Assembly: GCA_041690995.1 (NCBI GenBank)
Contig: JBEPVM010000001.1
Coordinates: 9,183 to 73,182 of the forward strand
Source: Gammaproteobacteria bacterium
GTDB taxonomy: Bacteria > Pseudomonadota > Gammaproteobacteria > DSM-16500
Direction: 5' to 3'
Length of the DNA: 64,000 bases
In this document: piece after piece, positions 46,577 to 55,802 of the stretch
How positions within the stretch are numbered: the first letter of the stretch is position 1
How the letters are laid out: the number at the start of each line of letters is the position of its first letter
The notes under the pieces: generated by a model
What the model was told of the DNA's origin: nothing
The model's database searches: none
What the model saw: the letters and a program-made list of their open reading frames with translations, nothing else
Program-made: the position numbers and the translations under genes

Positions 46577-48079
46577 CTAATACGACTTCGCAAAAATAAC
46601 CCGCTGGGCGCTTTTCTCTCCGCTAAAAATACAGGTTCCAGGCAGTGGATGAGTCATGGATGGAATACACCGAATCGTTACATTCAGGTCTTGTTTTATT
46701 TTTGCCTCGATTTCTACATCGCCATTCCAATGCACAGAAGCGAAACCACCTTCTGATTTTGTAAAAAATTCATAAAAATCGGTTTTATTATTGATTTCCT
46801 GTGTGTGTTGTTGCTGAAAATCACGTGCGCGTTGCAATAATTTTTGTTGCATTTCATCGAGTTTGGCTGCAACTGTCGCGAGAAATTCTGCGCGGCTTTG
46901 CGTGTAACGTTCTTTGTATTCTTGATCGCGACGCCCTACAAATACCGTGTTATTTTGGCATTCTTTCTGGCCTATTTCGAGACGAATAGGGACGCCTTTT
47001 TTTACCCAGCCCCAGGCTTTTTCGCCACCCGTCAGTTCGCGGGTATCTATTTCAACGACTAAACGTTTATCGTCATAATAAATTTGTCGTAATTCTTGCA
47101 TCAATTGTTCACAATATCCCAAAATTTCCGCACGTTGTTCTTCTTTATGCAAAATAGGTAAAAGGACAATATGAGTAGGCGCTAATTTAGGCGGTAGTAC
47201 TAACCCATTATCATCACTGTGTGTCATGATAAGCCCGCCAATTAAACGTGTGGAGACGCCCCACGAGGTTGTATAAGCGAACTCTTCTTGACCCTGCGCG
47301 CTTAAAAATTTTATGTTAAATGCGCGCGCAAAATTTTGTCCTAGAAAATGAGAAGTGCCTGCCTGTAACGCTTTTTTATCTTGCATCATGGCTTCAATGC
47401 AATACGTGTTCATTGCGCCAGGAAAACGCTCACTCGCCGTTTTTTCTCCTTTAATAACAGGCATGGCCATATAATCTTCCGCAAATCGTGCATAGAGATC
47501 AAAAATTTTCAATGTTTCGTTTTGCGCCTCTTCTGGAGTGGAATGCGCCGTATGGCCTTCTTGCCATAAGAATTCTGAAGTACGTAAAAATAGGCGTGTG
47601 CGCATTTCCCAACGCATGACATTGACCCATTGATTGATTAATAATGGCAAATCTCTATACGATTGTATCCAGCGTGAAAATGCTTCGCCGATAATAGTCT
47701 CCGAGGTTGGGCGAATAATATAAGGTTCTTCTAAAGGGCTGGCAGGCACTAATTTGCCTGTTTCATCGTGTGTCAAACGACAATGAGTGACAACCGCGCA
47801 TTCCTTCGCAAAACCTGTGACCTGTTCTGCTTCTTTTTCCAAAAAGCTGGCGGGAATCAGCAATGGGAAATACATATTTTTATGACCCGTTGCTTTTAAT
47901 TGTTCATCAATAGCGCGTTGCATATTTTCCCATAGCGCGTAGCCCCACGGCTTAATTGTCATGCAGCCACGCACAGGCGAGACTTCAGCAAGATCTGCTG
48001 CTTTTATCACTTGCTGATACCATTCGGGATAATCTTCTGCGCGTGTCGGGGTAATCGCTGTCTTGGTATTTTTTATCAT
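46577..48079 (-). CDS. proS: proline--tRNA ligase, archaeal/eukaryotic-like type (no INS editing domain, C-terminal extension ending in Tyr)
   Basis: It starts MIKNTKTAITPTRAEDYPEWYQQVIKAADLAE.SPVRGCMTIKPWGYALWE. It has class IIa motifs and is about 500 aa, ending ...IFAKSY. The start is set at ATG 48079; the track ORF begins at 48136. Confidence 0.9.
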   Translation of the reverse strand: MIKNTKTAITPTRAEDYPEWYQQVIKAADLAEVSPVRGCMTIKPWGYALWENMQRAIDEQLKATGHKNMYFPLLIPASFLEKEAEQVTGFAKECAVVTHCRLTHDETGKLVPASPLEEPYIIRPTSETIIGEAFSRWIQSYRDLPLLINQWVNVMRWEMRTRLFLRTSEFLWQEGHTAHSTPEEAQNETLKIFDLYARFAEDYMAMPVIKGEKTASERFPGAMNTYCIEAMMQDKKALQAGTSHFLGQNFARAFNIKFLSAQGQEEFAYTTSWGVSTRLIGGLIMTHSDDNGLVLPPKLAPTHIVLLPILHKEEQRAEILGYCEQLMQELRQIYYDDKRLVVEIDTRELTGGEKAWGWVKKGVPIRLEIGQKECQNNTVFVGRRDQEYKERYTQSRAEFLATVAAKLDEMQQKLLQRARDFQQQHTQEINNKTDFYEFFTKSEGGFASVHWNGDVEIEAKIKQDLNVTIRCIPSMTHPLPGTCIFSGEKSAQRVIFAKSY

Positions 48080-48225
48080 TTTATTAAACCTTGAATGAGG
48101 CTGAATCAGGGGAGTATAAACTAAATAAGCGGACATAAAAATGGGGGCTTGACCTCAGTAATGAGAATTGATTTAGCCTATTCCCTTTTGTTCTCAAAAA
48201 TTCCCCATGAAGAAAAAAGTGTCTT

Positions 48226-49200
48226 GTGTTAGGATACTGCAATTTGAGAAATAAGATAAAAAAGGTAGCAAAGACTGTGAATAAACTCGTACGATTTGAT
48301 TGGGCCATTAAAAATATCTTACGCCAAAAAGCTAACTTTGGCATTTTAGAAGGGTTTTTATCGGAATTATTACAAGAACCTGTCTATATCCAGTCTTTGC
48401 TGGAAAGTGAATCGAACAGTGAACAAGCGTCTGAAAAGTTCAATCGGGTTGACTTGTTGGTAGAAACTCAAAAAAAACAAAAAATCATTATCGAAGTCCA
48501 AACCGCGAGTGAATGGGATTATTGGCACCGCATTTTATTCGGTACGTCTAAAGTAGTGACAGAGTATATTGAAAAAGGCCAACCTTATAGCGCAATCCCT
48601 AAAGTGATTTCAGTGAGTATTTTATTATTTAATTTAGGCCAGGGTACCGATTATTTATACAAAGGAGAGACGGAGTTTAAAGGGTTACGCACCCACGAAA
48701 GCTTGGTCTTTAGCGAGAACGATAAAAAAGCCTACTTAAATTTGGATTATCATCGCCCGCAAGATATTTATCCCACGTATTATCTGATTCAACTCAAGCG
48801 ATTTAAAAATATTATTCAAACGGGCTTTGACGAATGGGTGTATTTATTGAAAAACGAAGCAGTGCAAGAAGGATTTAAGGCGAAAGGCATTGATCTTGCC
48901 AAGCAGAGGATGGATGTGCTGCGGTTATCAGAAAAAGAAAGGCGGGCTTATGACAGTTACATGGAGGATTTGAGCTTAGAAGCCAGTTTGATTCAGACGC
49001 GCGAAGTAGAACTTGCAGTAGCGCAGGCGTTAGGGATAGAAAAAGGTAAGGCGGAAGGGATAAAAGAAGGTATTGATCAAGGAGCAGAAAGTAAAGCCAA
49101 AGAAATAGCTCTTCGTATGTTATTAAAAAATACGCCTACTCCTTTAATTGTAGACATGACAGGCTTGACGTTGGATGAAATTGCTGAGTTGAAGAAGTAA
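48226..49200 (+). CDS. Rpn/YhgA-like PD-(D/E)xK recombination-promoting nuclease / putative transposase family protein
   Basis: It has VRFDWAIKNILRQKANFGILEGFLSELL, RVDLLVETQKKQKIIIEVQ (D...E-x-Q) and PKVISVSILLFNL. A likely GTG start lies near 48277. Confidence 0.7.
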   Translation: MLGYCNLRNKIKKVAKTVNKLVRFDWAIKNILRQKANFGILEGFLSELLQEPVYIQSLLESESNSEQASEKFNRVDLLVETQKKQKIIIEVQTASEWDYWHRILFGTSKVVTEYIEKGQPYSAIPKVISVSILLFNLGQGTDYLYKGETEFKGLRTHESLVFSENDKKAYLNLDYHRPQDIYPTYYLIQLKRFKNIIQTGFDEWVYLLKNEAVQEGFKAKGIDLAKQRMDVLRLSEKERRAYDSYMEDLSLEASLIQTREVELAVAQALGIEKGKAEGIKEGIDQGAESKAKEIALRMLLKNTPTPLIVDMTGLTLDEIAELKK

Positions 49201-49206
49201 TCTAAA

Positions 49207-49240
49207 GTGGATTAGACGCATTTTTTGCATCGTAATCCAC
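49207..49240. terminator. hairpin between convergent genes (probable bidirectional terminator)
   Basis: GTGGATTAGACGCA-TTTTTT-GCATCGTAATCCAC is an imperfect ~14-bp stem with a T-run loop. Confidence 0.45.
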
Positions 49241-49252
49241 CCACTTATCGAA

Positions 49253-49459
49253 CTAATGTTTGCTGACTTCGTTACCGAGAAGAGCGCCGCCAACAGCGCC
49301 AATCGCCGCCCCGACTGGCGAGCCGCCAGTCACAGCACCACCGACTAGACCCCCTGCCGCACCACCCCCTATAATACCTGTTGCTTGTTTTTGTCCTGTG
49401 GAGCATGCAGTGAGTAAACCTGTTGTTATAATCATGCTGATCGCTATCAATTTTTTCAT
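49253..49459 (-). CDS. glycine-zipper lipoprotein (17-kDa surface antigen / SlyB-like)
   Basis: MKKLIAISMIITTGLLTAC provides the lipobox LTAC. It is followed by GIIGGGAAGGLVGGAVTGGSPVGAAIGAVGGALLG. The start is ATG 49459. Confidence 0.7.
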   Translation of the reverse strand: MKKLIAISMIITTGLLTACSTGQKQATGIIGGGAAGGLVGGAVTGGSPVGAAIGAVGGALLGNEVSKH

Positions 49460-49513
49460 GGCATCTTTTCTCCTGTATTGAAAATCTTGCACAGCTATTT
49501 TAGCAGATTTTCC

Positions 49514-50365
49514 CTAGCAAAGAGGGGAGACACGGTATTGCCCCTGGCCATGAAGGCTTAACGTCTTCCATAACCAAGGTAAATACTCAAGAATTTGAGT
49601 GTCAAGCTGCCAAGGCGGATTGATAATAGCCATTCCGCAACCATTTAAGTGTTGGGCGCTATCTTCAGGATAAATACTGAGTTCCGTAATTAAAGTAGGG
49701 CATTGAACCACTTTTTTTAAAGCACAATGAAGTTTATCTATTATTAACCTGTTTTTAATAGGATACCATAGCGCATAAACACCCGTTGCAAACTGTTTTA
49801 ATAGGGTAGATAGCGTAGGAATCAAGCCATCTAACTCATTGGGTTTCTCATAAGGCGGGTCAATTAAAATTAAGCCACGGCGCTCTTTAGGCGGTAAAAA
49901 AGCTTTTAAGCCTTGATAACCATTCAATAAATGCACGTTAATACGTTTACTATCAGCAAAATAATTTTTCAATAATTGATATTCTTGAGGATGTAATTCT
50001 GTCAGTATCATCCGATCTTGTTCTCGTAAAAAATAACGCATGATATCAGGTGAGCCGGGATAATAACGTAAGATAGGCATCTCCGAATGAGTTAAATGCG
50101 CATTTACCATCTGTATGCAATTAAGATATTGCTTAATGAGCGCAGGCGGTTTTTTTATCTGAAATAATTGACTAATACCCCCTTGAAATTCTTTGCTTTT
50201 TTGTGCTTCTTCCGAAAATAGATCATAATAGCCTGCTCCCGCATGCGTATCTAAATAACAAATAGCAGTCTCTTTGCGTTGCAATGCTTGAATCAGAGAA
50301 ACTAGAATACTATGTTTAAAAACATCTGTAAAACTACCCGCGTGATAACTATGACGATAATTCAT
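49514..50365 (-). CDS. rlmJ: 23S rRNA (adenine2030-N6)-methyltransferase RlmJ
   Basis: MNYRHSYHAGSFTDVFKHSIL, LRYYPGSP, LILIDPPYE, YALWYP and NPPW match E. coli RlmJ segment by segment. Confidence 0.85.
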   Translation of the reverse strand: MNYRHSYHAGSFTDVFKHSILVSLIQALQRKETAICYLDTHAGAGYYDLFSEEAQKSKEFQGGISQLFQIKKPPALIKQYLNCIQMVNAHLTHSEMPILRYYPGSPDIMRYFLREQDRMILTELHPQEYQLLKNYFADSKRINVHLLNGYQGLKAFLPPKERRGLILIDPPYEKPNELDGLIPTLSTLLKQFATGVYALWYPIKNRLIIDKLHCALKKVVQCPTLITELSIYPEDSAQHLNGCGMAIINPPWQLDTQILEYLPWLWKTLSLHGQGQYRVSPLC

Positions 50366-50372
50366 ATCAGTA

Positions 50373-51185
50373 TCAGTCCCACAATGGATAATGCTCTAAA
50401 TTGATCGCATCACCAAAAAATGTTTTTGTCCCCGTTACGAATGACTCTGTGTAATCGGACACATAAAAATGTTGTGTTCCTTTGCCTGTTATATTTAATA
50501 AGTGATGTTCTTCTAAATGTTTTTTCACCGATTGCGCAATAATAGGGGAAGGGTCAATAATTTCTATTGTATGCTTAAAATAAGCCGAAATTTTCTCTTT
50601 AACAACGGGATAATGTGTGCAAGCAAGAATGAGAGCATCTAAATTTTTTAAACTGGCATGTGATAAATACTCATCGAGCAGACTATCAATCACTTTATTA
50701 TTGCCGAACTCCTCAATAGCTGAGGCTAACAAATTAGTCGCAAGGGAGACGAGATCAATATGACAATTTAGTTTGTCAATTTTCTTCTTATATATATTAG
50801 AATTCACTGTTTGGCGCGTACCAATTAAACCAATGTGCTTGTGCGCATGATGCGCGTGAATATGATGCATCATCGGGTCAATGACATTGATGACTATTGC
50901 ACGGTTCGCAACATATTCTTTCACCAATTCATAAGCGGCAGAGGTTGCGGAATAACAGGCAATCACGATGAGTTTACAATGCTGTTTTAGTAACATATCC
51001 GCTATTTTAATGGAATACGCTTGAATAGCGCTGGTGGATTTATCACCGTAGGGCAGGTGAGCGGTATCCCCAAAGTAAATGATATTTTCACTGGGTAAAT
51101 GGCTCACAATGGCGCGGGCAACAGTGAGGCCGCCGATGCCACTATCAAATATCCCAATCGGTCGTGTTGCAGAGAGTTTTGTCAT
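50373..51185 (-). CDS. murI: glutamate racemase
   Basis: IGIFDSGIGGLTV, IVIACYSAT and LILACTHYP are present. Confidence 0.9.
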   Translation of the reverse strand: MTKLSATRPIGIFDSGIGGLTVARAIVSHLPSENIIYFGDTAHLPYGDKSTSAIQAYSIKIADMLLKQHCKLIVIACYSATSAAYELVKEYVANRAIVINVIDPMMHHIHAHHAHKHIGLIGTRQTVNSNIYKKKIDKLNCHIDLVSLATNLLASAIEEFGNNKVIDSLLDEYLSHASLKNLDALILACTHYPVVKEKISAYFKHTIEIIDPSPIIAQSVKKHLEEHHLLNITGKGTQHFYVSDYTESFVTGTKTFFGDAINLEHYPLWD

Positions 51186-51208
51186 AGAGATATATCATAG
51201 CGAAGAAT

Positions 51209-51940
51209 TCAGTCTGTATATACAAATTGCTGTGCTTCTTCAAATTCTTCTGGCGTATTGATCTCCAATGTTGCATGTTCGGTGAGGCAAACTCGAATTT
51301 TAAACCCATTTTCTAATACACGTAATTGCTCTAATGACTCAATTTTTTCGAGTGGGGTTTGATCAAATGTTTTATAGGTCATTAAAAAATCACGGGTAAA
51401 CGCGTAAAGACCTATATGATGATAAACAGGCGCATTTTTTTGATGAGCACGAAAATAAGGAATAGGTGAGCGCGAAAAATAAAGCGCATTATAGTAGGCA
51501 TCTACAATCACTTTAACAGCACCTGGCGAAGTATAGTTAACATTCATATCCAAAGGACGAGCTAACGTGGTCATCTCAGGTAATTCACCTGCAAGATAAG
51601 GAGAAACAAGCTGTTCTAGCATACGTGGTCTAATAAAAGGTTCATCGCCTTGTAAGTTAATCACGATATCCGCATCGGGGTATTGTTCTGCAACAGCCGC
51701 CACGCGATCCGTTCCTGTCTGAATGTTTGGATCAGTCATGACAGTTTTTCCACCCACATTTTGAATAACCTGAGCGATTTCTTCGTCATCCGTTGCCACA
51801 ACGACATCAGAAATTACATTACATCGCTTTGCATTTTCATAAGTCCACTGAATCATGGGTTTGCCTTGTATGGCCAATAAAGGCTTGCGCGCTAGACGAG
51901 TCGAACGGATCCGGCTTGGAATAACACAAAGAATATTCAA
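51209..51940 (-). CDS. kdsB: 3-deoxy-manno-octulosonate cytidylyltransferase (CMP-KDO synthetase)
   Basis: VIPSRIRSTRLARKPL, VVVATDDEEI, NLQGDEPF and EQLRVLENG are present. Confidence 0.9.
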   Translation of the reverse strand: MNILCVIPSRIRSTRLARKPLLAIQGKPMIQWTYENAKRCNVISDVVVATDDEEIAQVIQNVGGKTVMTDPNIQTGTDRVAAVAEQYPDADIVINLQGDEPFIRPRMLEQLVSPYLAGELPEMTTLARPLDMNVNYTSPGAVKVIVDAYYNALYFSRSPIPYFRAHQKNAPVYHHIGLYAFTRDFLMTYKTFDQTPLEKIESLEQLRVLENGFKIRVCLTEHATLEINTPEEFEEAQQFVYTD

Positions 51941-52008
51941 GAGACAAACCTCTATAAAGTAGAAAATTTGCCCATTCTAAATGAAGTGACTGCAAAAAAA
52001 AAGAAATA

Positions 52009-53394
52009 TCAGTCATTATCCCCTTTTTTTTCTTTTATCTCACTCGGCGCAATCATAATGCACCCTCGCACAAATCGAGCATCGCCAGCAAATTTAGCGC
52101 CGCTTGCTTTATATTTTAAATTATCATAATCAAATCTATTATCCGCCTCAGCAATTTCATGAGATGGTTTTACAATATGATGACGATCAGATTTATTATG
52201 AAAATAATGAAATTTTACGTCATGCGCCATTTGACTAATCACCGTATCGAAACAAATACTATCTTTTCGTGAAAGCTCTTCAATATAAATTCGCATAATA
52301 TATTCTAATTCCCGCATCTCAAATAAAGTGCTCGATACTTTTCGTGATTTGGGTGAAAAAACGTGTGTAGAAGGGTTTTGCAAGGAATAATAGATAGGTA
52401 ATCGATCTGTCTCAAAATTAAAATGAGTGGGCTGCATGATAGTAGGCAAATATGTTTTTAATCCATAAGATTCCACAAATGCTTTTTGTAATGCCTCGAC
52501 GGGTAGCCCATCATCCGCGCTTGTTGGCGCATAACCAGGTGCAGCGCCTAATGCGGTGACAAATAAATGGCGTGCAGTATCTGCTAAATAAGGATTAGGT
52601 TTTAGATTACGTTTTTTTTGAAACATTGAAAAAGCAAAATCATGGCTAAAATAACTTCTTCTATATTCCGTATAAGACCAAGCTAATTCATAAAAATATA
52701 TTTTTAAATTTAACCACGCTTTATCCGAATAAAGCTTGTTAATCCATTTTTCTGAAAAATAAATGATACAGGAATTCCAGTTACAATCCGTTAATCCACT
52801 GTTAATAATCTCCTTAAAAACATGCCAATGTTCATACAGAGATTTGGGCGGCGGGTTTTGTACATTGAAATCTCTCTGCAAATTAGAATGATGGGTGTTA
52901 CAACCAATATTAGGCAACATAAAGGCTGATCTGACACCTGACGTTGCCGTTAGAATTCCTTTGGCAGCATAAAAACGGCTGCTTTTTTTATTAAGGGTGG
53001 ACGAGAAAGGAAAAAACATGCCAGGAGAATAAACTAACCAAGGAATACTAATACTTTCATCTTTTAAATCTATAAAATATTCTAATTGTTTCTCAAGTAC
53101 CATACCCAAAGGAGCGCTATCCATCCCATAACCTAAATGCTTAATAATATCTTTGGGAAGGGTTGGATCGGAGAGCCTATTATATCCACCCCATTTTCCA
53201 GGAATAAATAAACTTTGAATATCCCCGATCAAATCTCCATAAGGATAATAAGCCAAATAAAGTGGAAATGTTGAATCAGGATTGAGTTCATCTATAATTT
53301 TCGCAAAGGTGGGTTCTACTTTTTTGACTCGATCACGTATATCTGCCCAATATACTTTGACTAACCCTTTGCCCTCGTCTATTTCAGTTACCAT
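52009..53394 (-). CDS. hypothetical protein (461 aa, soluble, no recognised domain)
   Basis: It is a long uninterrupted ORF with ordinary composition. I recognise no motif. Confidence 0.5.
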   Translation of the reverse strand: MVTEIDEGKGLVKVYWADIRDRVKKVEPTFAKIIDELNPDSTFPLYLAYYPYGDLIGDIQSLFIPGKWGGYNRLSDPTLPKDIIKHLGYGMDSAPLGMVLEKQLEYFIDLKDESISIPWLVYSPGMFFPFSSTLNKKSSRFYAAKGILTATSGVRSAFMLPNIGCNTHHSNLQRDFNVQNPPPKSLYEHWHVFKEIINSGLTDCNWNSCIIYFSEKWINKLYSDKAWLNLKIYFYELAWSYTEYRRSYFSHDFAFSMFQKKRNLKPNPYLADTARHLFVTALGAAPGYAPTSADDGLPVEALQKAFVESYGLKTYLPTIMQPTHFNFETDRLPIYYSLQNPSTHVFSPKSRKVSSTLFEMRELEYIMRIYIEELSRKDSICFDTVISQMAHDVKFHYFHNKSDRHHIVKPSHEIAEADNRFDYDNLKYKASGAKFAGDARFVRGCIMIAPSEIKEKKGDND

Positions 53395-53784
53395 GCCACC
53401 ACCGATATGATTATTATTATGCTTTAAAATTTATACCCTAATTTATTAAATAAAAATTAGAACGATGAAAAGTAGAACGCAGTTTGGCCTACCAAAAGAA
53501 AAAATTCAATGATGAGATAGGCGCTCAATTGGATGGAATAGCATGTTTCGTGGGATTTCGAAGTAATATTGAATAGAAAAGATTATGTAAGAGAGAGCGA
53601 AATACTATGCCAGCTATGCAGGCATGATGTCAATTAATGGCTGCAGCCCGTCATATACCTACATTATTTGTAAGATATATCTTACGCAAACTATAGCACA
53701 TTAGCCGCATCAATTAAAACCAAAAATATATATACTGCTACAAAATTAATCTTTTCTGAAACCCTAAAATGAGGATATTTAATA

Positions 53785-53988
53785 ATGAAGAATACAAAGG
53801 CAGTAGAAGAAGAATTGTTGCGCGTTCAAAAAGATATTCATTTTTATTTAGGACGAATCACGCGGCTACATGCGTCACTCAAACAAGAGGAAGAAAAACT
53901 CTATTTCCGATTACAACGAGAAAAAACTTTAAAAATTTCTTTAGATAAATACGGTAGACAACACGATGAATATCATGAAGAAATTTAA
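53785..53988 (+). CDS. small coiled-coil hypothetical protein
   Basis: 67 aa, with a GAGGA SD about 11 nt upstream. A 16-bp perfect palindrome GTAAGATATATCTTAC lies at 53671-53686 upstream. Confidence 0.35.
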   Translation: MKNTKAVEEELLRVQKDIHFYLGRITRLHASLKQEEEKLYFRLQREKTLKISLDKYGRQHDEYHEEI

Positions 53989-54041
53989 TAATCGAATACA
54001 GGCGGGTCAGCTATTAGCCGAATGGCTGACCGCTTATCAAA

Positions 54042-54218
54042 TTAGAAATTTTCCCACAGCGTTTTAACCCGTTTAACCTTCTCATCGGGATTATCACGCA
54101 AAGAATAAATACGTACGTATTTTTCTTGTTCTTTCTGCTGAGAAAGCGAGAGAGAGGGATGCTGCTTATCGAAATTTTGCAAATCTTGATCAATTTCACT
54201 TACGTAATTTTTAAACAC
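54042..54218 (-). CDS. small hypothetical protein (58 aa) not in the ORF track
   Basis: Own translation from GTG 54218, preceded by AAGGAG 7 nt upstream: VFKNYVSEIDQDLQNFDKQHPSLSLSQQKEQEKYVRIYSLRDNPDEKVKRVKTLWENF. Its composition is more protein-like than the overlapping track ORF 54014..54199. Confidence 0.4.
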   Translation of the reverse strand: MFKNYVSEIDQDLQNFDKQHPSLSLSQQKEQEKYVRIYSLRDNPDEKVKRVKTLWENF

Positions 54219-54326
54219 AGCACGTCTCCTTATTTTCTATGTCTGGCAAATGATAGCATATTCATTTACGGACGTAGTTAATTTTAGTAAGCTCGTTAAC
54301 TGGCTTATGAGAGAGTTGGTTAAAAA

Positions 54327-55799
54327 ATGAAATGTTGGCGGGTTATTATTTTATTAGCCTTGGTTTGTGGCATAGTGGGTAGCGCCATACAGACAAGCGC
54401 TTACGCTTATTCTGCTCCCATCTATGGGAAACAAAATCTGATAGCGACACTCAATCAGCTAACTCGAGGAACGGACGCGGGTGCTGACGTGGGTATTCAA
54501 ATCAAATCTATGAGTTCGGGTGAAGTGCTATTCAGCAAAAACGCACAAGACTTATTAATACCCGCGAGCGTTATGAAAATTCTCACCGCAGAAGCTGCTT
54601 TGCTTTATTTGGGGCCTAATTATACTTTTCCTACTCGCTTATCCACTGATGCATCTCAAATTAAAGGGGGTGTCATTAAGGGTAATGTTTATTTAATTCA
54701 TAGTGGCGACCCTTCTTTAACGTATATGGATTTAACAGATTTATTAATCATTTTAAAATCCCAGCATATCCAAGAAATTACAGGTAACGTGTATATTGAT
54801 ACCACAGCTTATGATCAAGCTAATTTCGGTCCGGGTTGGATATGGCATGACAAACAATATTGTTATGCAGCGCCGATTAACGCGAGCATCATCAACCATA
54901 ATTGTTTGTCATTTAAAATTGCCCCGGCAAAGGTAGCAGGACATCGAGCCAGCATTATACCCAACCCCCATTATTATTATTCTGGCATTGAAAATTCTGT
55001 CATAACGAATAAACCCAAACGTTTTCATCCCTGTTATATGCAGCTTACCCATACAGCGCGCGGTATCTCTATTAGCGGTTGTATCCCTAAAGGTCATTAC
55101 GCATCAGGCGCAACCACCGTCATTCAAGATATTCTCGGTTATAATAAATCGCTGATGCATTGGTTATTTAGGCGTTATGGTATCCAAGTTAACGGCAATA
55201 TTATCCCTGGTTCTGCGCCCGGTGCTTTACATGTTATTGCAGTCCATCAATCTAAGCCTTTATATTTGCTTGTCAAAGAAATGTTAAAAAAATCCGATAA
55301 TGTGATCGCAGGTTCTTTATTTAAAAAGATGGGAGAACTTTATTCCAAGCAACCAGGCAGTTGGAAAAATGGCAGTGAAGCAGTCAAACAAATTCTAGCT
55401 CAAAAAGCAGATGTGAATGCCTCACAACTGACTATTCTGGATGGCTCAGGATTATCCTCAGAGAATCGTATTAAACCCGCACAAATGATGCAAGTGTTGA
55501 ATTTTGCTTTTCATCATTCACAAACAAACGAGCAATTTATTTCTGCGCTGCCCATTGCTGGCGTAGACGGTACGTTAAAACATCGCTTATATAACGTAGC
55601 AAGAAGAGTATACGCTAAAACAGGCACTATATCAGGCGTTACTTCCCTTGCGGGCTATGCTATTAACAAAAATAAGGAACCACTTGCTTTTGTCATTATT
55701 GTCAATAGGCGCCATGGCAATATTTGGAAATATCGTAAAATGGAAGATGATATTGTGACAGCATTAGCAAATTATAGAACCTCCAGCTATTCTCCCTAA
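54327..55799 (+). CDS. dacB: D-alanyl-D-alanine carboxypeptidase/endopeptidase (PBP4, DacB)
   Basis: It has a signal peptide, SxxK ASVMKILT, SxN KKSDNVIAG and KTG AKTGTISGV. Confidence 0.85.
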   Translation: MKCWRVIILLALVCGIVGSAIQTSAYAYSAPIYGKQNLIATLNQLTRGTDAGADVGIQIKSMSSGEVLFSKNAQDLLIPASVMKILTAEAALLYLGPNYTFPTRLSTDASQIKGGVIKGNVYLIHSGDPSLTYMDLTDLLIILKSQHIQEITGNVYIDTTAYDQANFGPGWIWHDKQYCYAAPINASIINHNCLSFKIAPAKVAGHRASIIPNPHYYYSGIENSVITNKPKRFHPCYMQLTHTARGISISGCIPKGHYASGATTVIQDILGYNKSLMHWLFRRYGIQVNGNIIPGSAPGALHVIAVHQSKPLYLLVKEMLKKSDNVIAGSLFKKMGELYSKQPGSWKNGSEAVKQILAQKADVNASQLTILDGSGLSSENRIKPAQMMQVLNFAFHHSQTNEQFISALPIAGVDGTLKHRLYNVARRVYAKTGTISGVTSLAGYAINKNKEPLAFVIIVNRRHGNIWKYRKMEDDIVTALANYRTSSYSP

Positions 55800-55802
55800 A
55801 AT

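Noticed and set aside
54014-54199. 61-aa track ORF (MKLIKICKISISS...).
   Set aside because: It has implausible composition and no SD. A different frame on the same strand (54042..54218) has a strong SD and protein-like sequence.
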